A stretch of DNA of 10,002 nt from Octopus sinensis (GCF_006345805.1 NW_021827718.1:1-10002), one strand, 5' to 3'. Shown: positions 1-8,544, counted from the stretch's first letter. Made by a program: numbers and translations. Notes: a model not told the origin generated them from the letters alone.

Positions 1-376
1 TACAGGAAACATTATACATGTATGTATCTATGTATGCATGTATGTAGTTACATGATCTACCATTTCCATCACCTATTGCATCCTAAAATGTCGGTATTTT
101 TATTAATCAACCATGAGCGAGGAAAGGGAAAAAAAATGACTTCCATTTATCTTAACTATCTCTTTTGCGTTATCATTAGCGGATAGTTATCTCACTGATA
201 CAGCTTGACGTCGTGTTATTTCAGCAAGATTCACTTTGGATTTCAGCCATATTACTTTTCAAAAAGCCCATCATTAAACACAATTTCAATTGATAAATAA
301 GCCAGAGGGAGGTGATATGTAAGAAAATATATTAATGTTCTTCGATGGACAAATATAATACCAATAGACTAATAAA

Positions 377-466
377 CGCACACATAGACATACATACATA
401 CGCGCATACGTACATACATACGTAAGCACGTACGTACATACATTCATATGCACATGCGTACGTACT
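377..466. repeat. Degenerate (TACA/TACG)n microsatellite
   Basis: Alternating purine-pyrimidine CATA/CGTA units; source of the spurious 332..538 ORF. Confidence 0.8.
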
Positions 467-560
467 GTAGCTCTCTGACAAAGGCAGAAAAGGGGAGACT
501 AAATTTATCATACATTTCTGAAATAACACTGATTCCACAACAGATTTAAATAGAGGCCTC

Positions 561-602
561 CATTGGTGGGAGTCTAACCGGAAGTTGACCAGTACTACAA
601 TT
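561..602 (+). promoter_or_regulatory. Possible promoter-like motif cluster (reverse CCAAT, ETS, ACTACA)
   Basis: ATTGG 562-566, ACCGGAAGT 577-585 (ETS consensus) and ACTACAAT about 593-601 lie in non-repetitive DNA upstream of splice donors at 692 and 706. Motif matches only. Confidence 0.25.
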
Positions 603-705
603 ATTAGCCGTTGGTTAAATCCACTACTCTTCGGCTACCATGACACACGATATAGAATTCGGAATTCGAAAATGGTGTGGATTTGGTGCAGGTAACTGTG
701 TTTAG
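603..705 (+). other. Candidate upstream or first exon (5' boundary unknown) with two alternative donors
   Basis: Donor-like CAG|GTAACT at 692 and TAG|GTAAGC at 706, giving an 88- or 74-nt intron to the strong acceptor ending at 779. Confidence 0.35.
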
Positions 706-779
706 GTAAGCAAGCGTGCACGCGGAAACGTTCCTGCTAGCAAGACACAAGTTTTCATTTTATTTTTTTTCTTTCCCAG

Positions 780-797
780 GAAGACACGTTTACTGAA
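780..797 (+). CDS. Candidate 18-nt microexon (EDTFTE in phase 0, or KTRLL in phase 2; could be UTR)
   Basis: Polypyrimidine tract TTTTCATTTTATTTTTTTTCTTTCCCAG ends at 779, then GAAGACACGTTTACTGAA, then canonical donor GTGAGT at 798-803. Length is a multiple of 3. Confidence 0.55.
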
Positions 798-1032
798 GTG
801 AGTAAAGAAAATTATAATAATATAAGTTATCTTGCAACTAAACAATTTCGTACACGCCACATTGCACCGCACAAGAAATCGAATAGCTTATTATCTGATC
901 ACTGATATCATGCTGAGTATGTATAAACCCTTCGGGGGAAAACCAGTGTCAGTTAATAATACCTATTTTGTTCAGAGCTTATCAAAACAGAAAATCGATG
1001 CTGATTTCGGAGCACAAAGTTATCGTTAAAAA

Positions 1033-1245
1033 CGGCAGAAACGGTAAGAAGGCCGGACTAAACACGTGGGATATTTACTTGCATTTCTTTAGTTTATGAG
1101 TTCGAATTCTGTGAGACAAAAACAATGCCCTGGGATATTTGAGAGGCGTTCCTGTTGGTTCTATGTTCGAATCAACTAAGACCACCGCTTGCAAATTGTT
1201 TTTCTTTTTTTTTTTCTTTTTTACTCAAGTTAGAAATCAATCATT
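1033..1245 (+). mobile_element. Highly degraded tRNA-derived SINE (family A-like)
   Basis: GGCAGAAACGGTAAG head and TGAGTTCGAATTC B-box-like motif resemble the 5484 copy; ends near AGTTAGAAATCAATCATT. Confidence 0.4.
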
Positions 1246-1259
1246 CTGGAAAAAGTATA

Positions 1260-1390
1260 AGGTGGAGGGGTAGTAGAATTGGTAGAAATGATATCAAGTC
1301 ATAGTTTGCAAATATTTTATTTCGACCATTTTTACTATCTACATCATCTGAGTTGAAATCTTTACGGTATCTAAACTCGATTGGGGTATC
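1260..1390 (+). mobile_element. Degraded SINE head fragment (family A-like)
   Basis: GTAGAATTGGTAGA...CTGAGTTGAAATC in the same order as the family A head. Confidence 0.3.
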
Positions 1391-1518
1391 TTTAACCACA
1401 TGTCTGTTCGGCCAAGATTGAAACGGTACAAATCAATGGTTCCAAAGGTCCAACCAGGTCCAACGTTCGCGATACCTTTACAACCAAGAACTTTTCAGCA
1501 CTCCCTCACATTTATATC

Positions 1519-1746
1519 TATTTCTTTACTACCCACAAGGGGCTCAACACAGAGGGGACGAACAAGGACAGACAAACGGATTAAGTCGATTATATCGACT
1601 CCAGTGCGTAACTAGTACTTATTTAATCGACCCCGAAAGAATGAAAGGCAAAATCGACCCCGGCGGATATTGAACTCAGAACGTAGCGGCAGACGAAATA
1701 CCGCTAAGCATTTCGCTCGGCAGCCTAACGTTTCTGCCCGCTCGCC
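1519..1746 (-). mobile_element. Full-length tRNA-derived SINE, family A, tail type 1
   Basis: Reverse complement closely matches 5484-5714: GGCGAGCGGGCAGAAACGTTAG head, CTGAGTTCAATATCC B-box, GCCTTTCATTCTTTCGGGGTCGAT core, GTCGATATAATCGAC hairpin, CCCCTTGTGGGTAGTAAAGAAATA tail. Confidence 0.92.
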
Positions 1747-1771
1747 GATCTAATACTTTTTCGAAAATCAC

Positions 1772-1850
1772 AGGTAGCTGGTCACTGTCGGATTGTCTTT
1801 CACCATAAGCCATGTTCCAAAAGGTTTGACCCAGGGTTAAACAACAGCAA
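1772..1850 (+). mobile_element. 3' fragment of an old interspersed repeat ending in a (CAA)-like tail (family D)
   Basis: GCTGGTCACTGTCGGATTGTC...TTGACCCAGGGTTAAACAACAGCAA parallels the ends of the 4251 and 5088 relics. Confidence 0.4.
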
Positions 1851-2040
1851 TCTATAAATTAACATTTCAAAAATTTAATTTTCTGAGTAAATTTTATGAT
1901 CAGACGGATTTGGTTAATTCACTCTGTACAAAGTATAACGTTTCATAATACGGATCCCAATTTTTTACTGTGAAATTAATCATTATAAAATGATAATAAA
2001 GATGCCGAGATGATGTTGCATAAGCGATCGTACACGCTCA

Positions 2041-2274
2041 CGTGTGCGCATGTCTGTGTGTGTATGTCTGTGTATGTATATATATATATATATAATATAT
2101 ATATATATATATACGCACACACTCAAAAATATACATACTAACATATATATATATATATACATACTATATGCAGATATATATACATGTATATGCATATGCA
2201 TTTAGACATGTATATATATACATACATGCATACATACTATTTGCAGATATATATATGTATATGCATATGCATTT

Positions 2275-2309
<35 letters not shown>

Positions 2310-2505
2310 AACATACATACATATATACATACTATATGCAGATATATATATGTATATACATATGTATTTAGACACACACATATATATACATACCATATGC
2401 AGACATATATATATGTATATGCATATGCATTTGCATGTATACAAATATATAGTATATATATATATATATATATATATATTCGTGCACATACACACACACA
2501 CAACA
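2041..2505. repeat. Compound TG/TA/CA microsatellite with embedded higher-order minisatellite
   Basis: (TA)n runs plus four CATAC(T/C)AT(A/T)TGCAGA...GTATATGCATATGCATTT-type units starting at 2160, 2233, 2328 and 2389. Confidence 0.95.
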
Positions 2506-2802
2506 CTCATCAACATTTAAGTGCCAGAATAATCAAGTATAAAGGCGAATAGTATAATATTGTATGTGGAGATGCATGCGTGTATAAAATGCTCGGTGCG
2601 CGTGTGTGTGCACGTGTTCGCTTGCATGTTTCTGTCCCTGTGTGGTTGATATATATTACTATATGATATGCGTAAATATTTTTTAAGAATAGAAAAATTA
2701 TTACAATGAAAGTAGAACACAAAATTCATATTTTTAATTAAAGGCCACGTAATAAAAATACATGCACACATCATAAAGATCCATCTATCTAGCTACGTAC
2801 AT

Positions 2803-2832
2803 ATAGATAGACAGACAGAAAGATAGGCAGAC

Positions 2833-2918
<86 letters not shown>

Positions 2919-3060
2919 TTAGATAGAGATAGACAGACAGAAAGATAGGCAGACAGATAGATAGATAGATAGATATATAGATAGATAGATAGATAGATAG
3001 ATATAGATAGATAGATAATAGATGATAGATAGATAGATAGTTAGATGGGTGGATAGATTG
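2803..3060. repeat. (GATA)n tetranucleotide array with internal 122-bp duplication
   Basis: Long GATA runs. The variant block AGACAGACAGAAAGATAGGCAGACAG occurs at 2809 and 2931. Confidence 0.97.
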
Positions 3061-3084
3061 TAAATAGATAACCATATTTTATAG

Positions 3085-3294
3085 ACATATATATACACAT
3101 GTATGCATGCTATGTATAACATTCAAATTAATGTGATCTGTTACATATATGTATGTATATATATGCATATATACATGTGTGTATACGTATATATGTATAT
3201 ATATATACATACATATATATATATATATTATATTCACACATATAAACACATATATGAATATATATAGATATATATATATATATATATATATATC

Positions 3295-3325
<31 letters not shown>

Positions 3326-3489
3326 GTATACATACATATGCATATAAATGCATATGTATGCATATAAATTACATTTCAATTAATTTAATTTCTTAAATAC
3401 ACGCACACACGTATAGATATATTCATACATATATACATATATATATAAATATATTATCATACATAATATATATATCTATACACACATAT

Positions 3490-3533
<44 letters not shown>

Positions 3534-3582
3534 ATATTATATCATATAAAATAGATTATATATATATAATATATATATCACA
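3085..3582. repeat. (TA)n-rich compound microsatellite
   Basis: Interrupted TA, TATG and CA runs. Confidence 0.95.
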
Positions 3583-3911
3583 TAAGGCTAGAGATCTCAG
3601 GAGTCTAGTTAGATATATTTCAACGCTATCGACTGAGATGTCATCAATACTTGCAACTTGATGAAGCCGTCTCTGCGGCACCATAAAACGGTGTCACGTC
3701 TTTAACTTAATGCCAAAAAGGCAGGGATATAAATATCAGGAACTTTTACTTGTACAGGCAACGCAATAAAAGCTTCAAATTTTACGGCTGTTACTCCTTT
3801 ATACAGCTTAGTAATAATTGGAGGGAAAACTTCGAAACAAAATGCCGGCTTTCCGAAGGTTTTTTTTTTTCATTCAATTGTTTTTTATTCATATTTACCT
3901 TCATTTTCTTT

Positions 3912-3959
3912 TTATTATTATCATTATCATTATTATCATTATTATTGTTATTATTATCA

Positions 3960-4025
<66 letters not shown>

Positions 4026-4062
4026 TATTATTATTATCATTATTATTATTATTATCATCAAT

Positions 4063-4124
<62 letters not shown>

Positions 4125-4137
4125 CAACATCATCATT

Positions 4138-4201
<64 letters not shown>

Positions 4202-4217
4202 TATTATTATTATTATT
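3912..4217. repeat. Compound (ATT)n/(ATC)n trinucleotide array
   Basis: Alternating ATT and ATC blocks; source of the poly-I/L/Y/H/S ORFs 3750..4343 and 3818..4264. Confidence 0.97.
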
Positions 4218-4250
4218 ACTTTTATAATCGCGCTAGCATGTGTCATGCTT

Positions 4251-4415
4251 TTTGCAAGAAATAGTAGCCAAACTTCCCTTCAATCAAATTTTATTACTGA
4301 TTTACAAATTGAGGCTTTTTCAGAAAACATCCGATCTATTTAGGAAAACGACGAGAGGGTCATAGATGGAATATCGACGCAATTAAAGCCGATCTAGGGC
4401 CTAACAGCATCAAAC
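4251..4415 (+). mobile_element. Degraded interspersed repeat (family D)
   Basis: GAAATAGTAGCCAAACTTCCCTTCAATCA...GGGTCATAGATGGAAT...GATCTAGGGCCTAACAGCATCAA is collinear with 5088-5300. Confidence 0.45.
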
Positions 4416-4511
4416 TTATCTAACCATTAAAGAATTGGAATCCTCTGTTTTTATGCAGTTTGTTTGATTGTTCATATATTTCTTACTTCGACATTTTTAA
4501 TGTGGTCAGTA

Positions 4512-4690
4512 TTTTTTTCTACTCTAAGCAAAAGGCCCGAAATTTGGTGGAAGGGGGCCAGTCAATTAGATCGACCCCAGTGCGCAACTGGTACTTAATT
4601 TATCGAACCCCAAAATAATGAAAGGCAAAGTTGACCTCGGTGGAATTTGAACTCATAACATAAAGACAGACGAAATACCGCTAAGCATTT
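4512..4690 (-). mobile_element. 5'-truncated SINE, family A, tail type 2
   Basis: GAAAGGCAAAGTTGACCTCGGTGGAATTTGAACTCA and GACGAAATACCGCTAAGCATTT match 1644-1712. The tail TTTCTACTCTAAGCAAAAGGCCCGAAATTTGG matches the 7825 copy. Confidence 0.9.
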
Positions 4691-4695
4691 ACAGA

Positions 4696-4725
4696 ATATA
4701 CATATATGTGTGTGTGTGCGTACGT

Positions 4726-4794
<69 letters not shown>
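4696..4794. repeat. (TG)n microsatellite
   Basis: Long, nearly pure TG run. Confidence 0.97.
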
Positions 4795-4800
4795 ATGTAA

Positions 4801-4935
4801 AGGCACGGCAATCTAGAATCGGTAGAACGTCGTTTGAAATACTTTGTGGTAATTATTTTTATCTCTTTATGTTCTGAGTTCAATTCTCACCGAAGCCAAC
4901 TTCACTTTTCATGCTTCTGAGATCGATAAAATAAC
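4801..4935 (+). mobile_element. Degraded SINE, family A-like
   Basis: TAGAATCGGTAGAACG head, GTTCTGAGTTCAATTC B-box region, CTTTTCATGCTTCTGAGATCGATAAAATAA core. Confidence 0.65.
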
Positions 4936-5087
4936 CTATGATTGATTTTAACCAACCATGCTCTGCCCCCTTTTTGATGGCAATACTGGTAGAACGTTGA
5001 ACAAAATAACTTAGGGAATTTAAATCATATCGTTCTGTGTTTAAATATTTCCATCAACTTAGAATATCAGAGCGAATGTGGGAACTT

Positions 5088-5310
5088 CGTGGTCGCTTGA
5101 CATACTGGAAGCGAAAACCAAATCTACCTCAAAATACATTCTGCTGCAGTAAAAAATGCGCAAACACATTTGATAATGTAGTCCTGGATGCGAAATAGTT
5201 ATGAAAAAAATAAGGACAGCCATGGCTTGAGCTCATTTAAACATAGGTCAGTTCATTCAGACCTGAAATTAGTCAACAACATCAACATCAACAAGAGCAA
5301 CCCGAACAAC
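5088..5310 (+). mobile_element. Degraded interspersed repeat (family D) with (CAA)n-like tail
   Basis: GGTCGCTTGAC...CCAAATCTACCTCAAA...GATAATGTAGTCCT...CATGGCT...CATAGGTC...CAACAACATCAAC. Internally similar to 4251-4415 and 1772-1850, and resembles a common octopus repeat as I recall it. Confidence 0.5.
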
Positions 5311-5463
5311 CTTTCCCATCATCCTTCCGGTGTAAGCTAGTGAGACTGATGCTACTAATGCTCAACCTGATCAGCTACAGACCGATGTATGCAGAAAAGA
5401 CGTGCGCAAGGGAGGAAATTGAAACTTTGTTTCGAATGCTTGCAATAAAGTTAACTTCGCAGA

Positions 5464-5479
5464 AGGTATTCAAGGACCA
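5464..5479 (+). repeat. Left target-site duplication AGGTATTCAAGGACCA
   Basis: Identical 16-mer at 5898-5913. Confidence 0.92.
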
Positions 5480-5483
5480 CAAA

Positions 5484-5898
5484 GGCGGTGAGCTGGCAGA
5501 ACCGTTAGCACGCCGGGTGAAATGCGTAGCCGTATTTCGTCTGCCGTTACATTCTGAGTTCAAATTCCGCCGAGGTCGCCTTTGCCTTTCATCATTTTGG
5601 GGCCGATAAATTAAATACCAGTTACGTACTGGGGTCGATATAATCGACTTAATCTGTTTGTCTGGCCTTGTTTGTCCTCTCTGTGTTTAACCCCTTGTGG
5701 GTAGTAAAGAAATAGGTATTTCTCCTGCCGTTACGTTCTGAGTTCAAATTCCGCCGAGGTCGCCTTTGCCTTTCATCCTGTCGGGGTCGATAAATTTAGT
5801 ACCAGTTACGCACTGGGGTCGATATAATCGATTTAATCCGTCTGTATGTCCTTGTTTGTCTCCTCTGTGTTTAGCCCCTTTTGGGTAATAAAGAAATA
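5484..5898 (+). mobile_element. tRNA-derived SINE family A (tail type 1) with tandemly duplicated 184-bp body
   Basis: A-box-like TGGCAGAACCG 5494-5504 and B-box-like GAGTTCAAATTCC 5556-5568. The core GCCTTTCATCC...GGGGTCGATAAA...GTACCAG resembles the Meta/MESC-type SINE domain (from memory). Units are 5532-5715 and 5716-5899, flanked by a 16-bp TSD. Confidence 0.95.
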
Positions 5899-5913
5899 GG
5901 TATTCAAGGACCA
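5898..5913 (+). repeat. Right target-site duplication AGGTATTCAAGGACCA
   Basis: Identical 16-mer at 5464-5479. Confidence 0.92.
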
Positions 5914-6240
5914 AGTAATTTGTTGGTGAAGGTTGTCTATCAGGGCTAATCATTGTTTAAATAATGAGATCAGTATTTGCGATTTCATGATAAATTCATC
6001 AGTACTGGAAAATTTTCCGAGTACTTTATAAAAAGAGGGGTTTTTTTTAGTATTGGAACTACTCCAAGGAAGGCTTCAAATTAATGGATAAATGGGATCA
6101 GGTCATTTATTGCTTTCTGCTTCCGTTCCAAGAACCAAACTTTCCTGAGTCTTATGATATGATGATAACGTGTACGAATTCAAACTGAACGCTAACCATG
6201 TAAATTTACTTTATTTATTCCACTTTTCTTGGTCTAGCAG

Positions 6241-6282
6241 GACATAAAAATGGATTGTGGGAACAATTATGTTACCTACACG
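6241..6282 (+). CDS. Candidate 42-nt exon (DIKMDCGNNYVTYT in phase 0; possible start ATG at 6250)
   Basis: Branch-like GCTAAC 6191-6196, pyrimidine tract, TAGCAG acceptor ending at 6240, and donor ACG|GTAAGC at 6283. Open in phase 0 and phase 1, with AAAATGG in good initiation context. Confidence 0.6.
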
Positions 6283-7039
6283 GTAAGCAACCAATGTTGA
6301 CCAAAAAAATAAAAACTCTACCACCATAACAACGGTAACAACAGCAACAACAAACGTGAGTAGCTATTAAGTATCTTTACACTATACTGAAAGGCAACGT
6401 GATACAAACGCCATTTTTTTAAAATGTCACTTCCGTTGAATTTTCCTTTTTACTTTATTCGTGGTTATCACTGTATTTTGTGATTAATGTGTAATAAATA
6501 TACAGGACCAAAAAGAAAAATAAATAGCGCAAGTAGATTTTTATCCAAACGTTCCTAGATATTGTACCCTTAATATACATGCAGAAACGTAGATTATTAT
6601 CGATATAATGTATGATTTTCTTTCTTTCATTATTTGGATCGTTGGTTTATACTCTCTATTCGGCCATCTTGTTTATGATAGAGCTTCGAGCATCCGCTTT
6701 ATAATGGACTTCCGGTACAGTTGTTGCATCAGCAACCACGATGAAATTACTGCGCAAATAAATGTAAATCTAATTCTCTTCAAGTTGTTATTCATTTTTC
6801 CTTTTTTTTTTTTGCTATTGGCTTTGTATTATTATTTTTTGTTCATTGTATATATTTTGGGTTTTTTTGATATTTTTATTTCGGTTTTAGCTTCCTTATA
6901 GTTTTTTTATATGTGCCAGCCGGATCTACTGGAGTTATTGACAGAAACACGTGTAAATAATGTTTGCTATTATTTTTTTTTTGTTTTTTTACTTATCGAA
7001 ATGGAATTGTTATATTCGAATAATTGGATAGCAGGTATT

Positions 7040-7105
7040 ACATATGTACACACACACATATGTATAAATAATAATATTATATATATATATAATATATATA
7101 GATAT

Positions 7106-7136
<31 letters not shown>

Positions 7137-7247
7137 TAGATATATATATATATATATATATAATATATATATATATATACATAGATATAGAATATATATA
7201 TACATATATATATACAGATATATATATACATATATATATACATCTAC

Positions 7248-7283
<36 letters not shown>

Positions 7284-7308
7284 ACACACACACACACACA
7301 CACCACAC

Positions 7309-7372
<64 letters not shown>

Positions 7373-7380
7373 TATATATG
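7040..7380. repeat. Compound (TA)n-(CA)n-(TA)n microsatellite
   Basis: TA-rich 7077-7240, CA 7251-7309, pure TA about 7313-7369. Confidence 0.97.
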
Positions 7381-7760
7381 TTATTCAGCGGAAGAAATCT
7401 TATCAGCAGGGGGCCGTGCCCTCAAACTTCTGAACTCTTCCCTCCCCACGCCACATGAAGTAATATTTTACCAATTTTATTAAGTGATCTTTAGGCGACA
7501 CAGACCATTACTACTTTCCGCGATTTCTTTTGGTTTCTAATCTATTTATCTATTCATCTGTTTCTCTGGCAATCCATCTATTTAAATGCTAATTTAAAGT
7601 TACCATTTTAAAGCAAAGTTGTGGAAAACAACCAAACCTGATGTGGAGACTCCGTATTTATAGTAATACACTAGAAAGAAATGTCTTATAAAGTCTAAGT
7701 GAAACCAAATTTTATAACAAATTTGAATCTATTTGTTTGTTTATTGGTCTACGTTGTCTA

Positions 7761-7812
7761 TGTGTGTGTGTGCGCGCGCGCACACGTGTGTGTGTATATA
7801 TATGTATGTATG
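7761..7812. repeat. (TG)/(CG)/(TA) microsatellite
   Basis: Alternating purine-pyrimidine run. Confidence 0.85.
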
Positions 7813-7824
7813 GATATAACAACC

Positions 7825-8032
7825 CTTTCTACTATAGGCACAAGGCCTGAAATTTGGGGGAAGGAGACCAGTCGATTACATCGACCTCAATGCGTGAGTG
7901 GTACTTGATTTATCCACCCAGAAAGGTTGAAAGGCAAAGTCGATCCCAGTGGTATTTGAACTCAAAACATTAAAGGTCGACTAAATATTGATAAGAGTTT
8001 TGTGCGGCGTGCTAATAATTCTGTCAACCGCC
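7825..8032 (-). mobile_element. Full-length diverged SINE, family A, tail type 2
   Basis: CTTTCTACTATAGGCACAAGGCCTGAAATTTGGGGG tail, GTCGATTACATCGAC hairpin, GAAAGGCAAAGTCGA core, TTTGAACTCA B-box, and head ending CTGTCAACCGCC. Imperfect TSD ATATAACAACC (7814-7824) / ATATACAACC (8041-8050). Confidence 0.9.
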
Positions 8033-8403
8033 TTATATATATATACAACCTATAAATAAGACGTGTGCTTATAGTGATAAATTATATGGTTATTGACTAT
8101 TTAAGTCGATTTTCGGCATATTTGGCATTAGAATTTTTTTTCTTTTGCCCTTGTTTATAAGTTGTTTATAAATTTTACCTTTAAAGGTATTTTTTAATAT
8201 GCTGGCCATTGATAAAATTTTTTTCGAAAAATGTTATCCTATATTCGATGTAAATTTAATATTATTCACTTCCGGACTCTGAAAATTTTCAGTCTGATCA
8301 CACGTGTCTCGGGGTGTGCTATAGAATTTATATTTTGGATATATTTGGGGTACTTAAGTGTACACAGGACTTAGTGTTTGCTTCTTCCATTGGTATAAGT
8401 AAG

Positions 8404-8466
8404 TGGGCAAGTGTCTTCTACTATAGCCTCGGGACGACCAAAGCCTTATGAGTGGATTTGGTTGAC

Positions 8467-8544
<78 letters not shown>

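Noticed and set aside
604-700. Minus-strand peptide KSTPFSNSEFYIVCHG resembling the FtsJ/CMTR NSE.Y.VC motif
   Set aside because: Short frame bounded by stops, with weak minus-strand splice support; likely coincidence.
1400-1615. 71-aa ORF (likewise 5340..5609, 5744..5953 and 7699..7908)
   Set aside because: Largely read-through of SINE sequence.
1983-3379. Multiple Y/I/C/V-rich and IYLS-repeat ORFs
   Set aside because: Translations of TA, TG and GATA microsatellites.
3657-3690. Hammerhead-like TTGATGAAGCCG-loop-CGGC
   Set aside because: Core is TTGATGA rather than CTGANGA, and no GAAA follows stem II.
3750-4343. 197-aa and 148-aa ORFs resembling membrane or His-rich proteins
   Set aside because: Open only because ATT/ATC repeats lack stops; non-ATG starts and no domain.
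5532-5899. Retrozyme or CRISPR interpretation of the 184-bp tandem
   Set aside because: No CTGANGA/GAAA hammerhead core seen on either strand, no spacers, and units are contiguous SINE body.
6920-6952. Possible 33-nt exon PDLLELLTETR
   Set aside because: Weak donor (CGT|GTAAAT) and several competing upstream AGs.
7389-7459. GC-richer island reading [14 protein letters not shown]
   Set aside because: No pyrimidine tract (preceded by TA repeat) and weak donor; more likely a small repeat relic.
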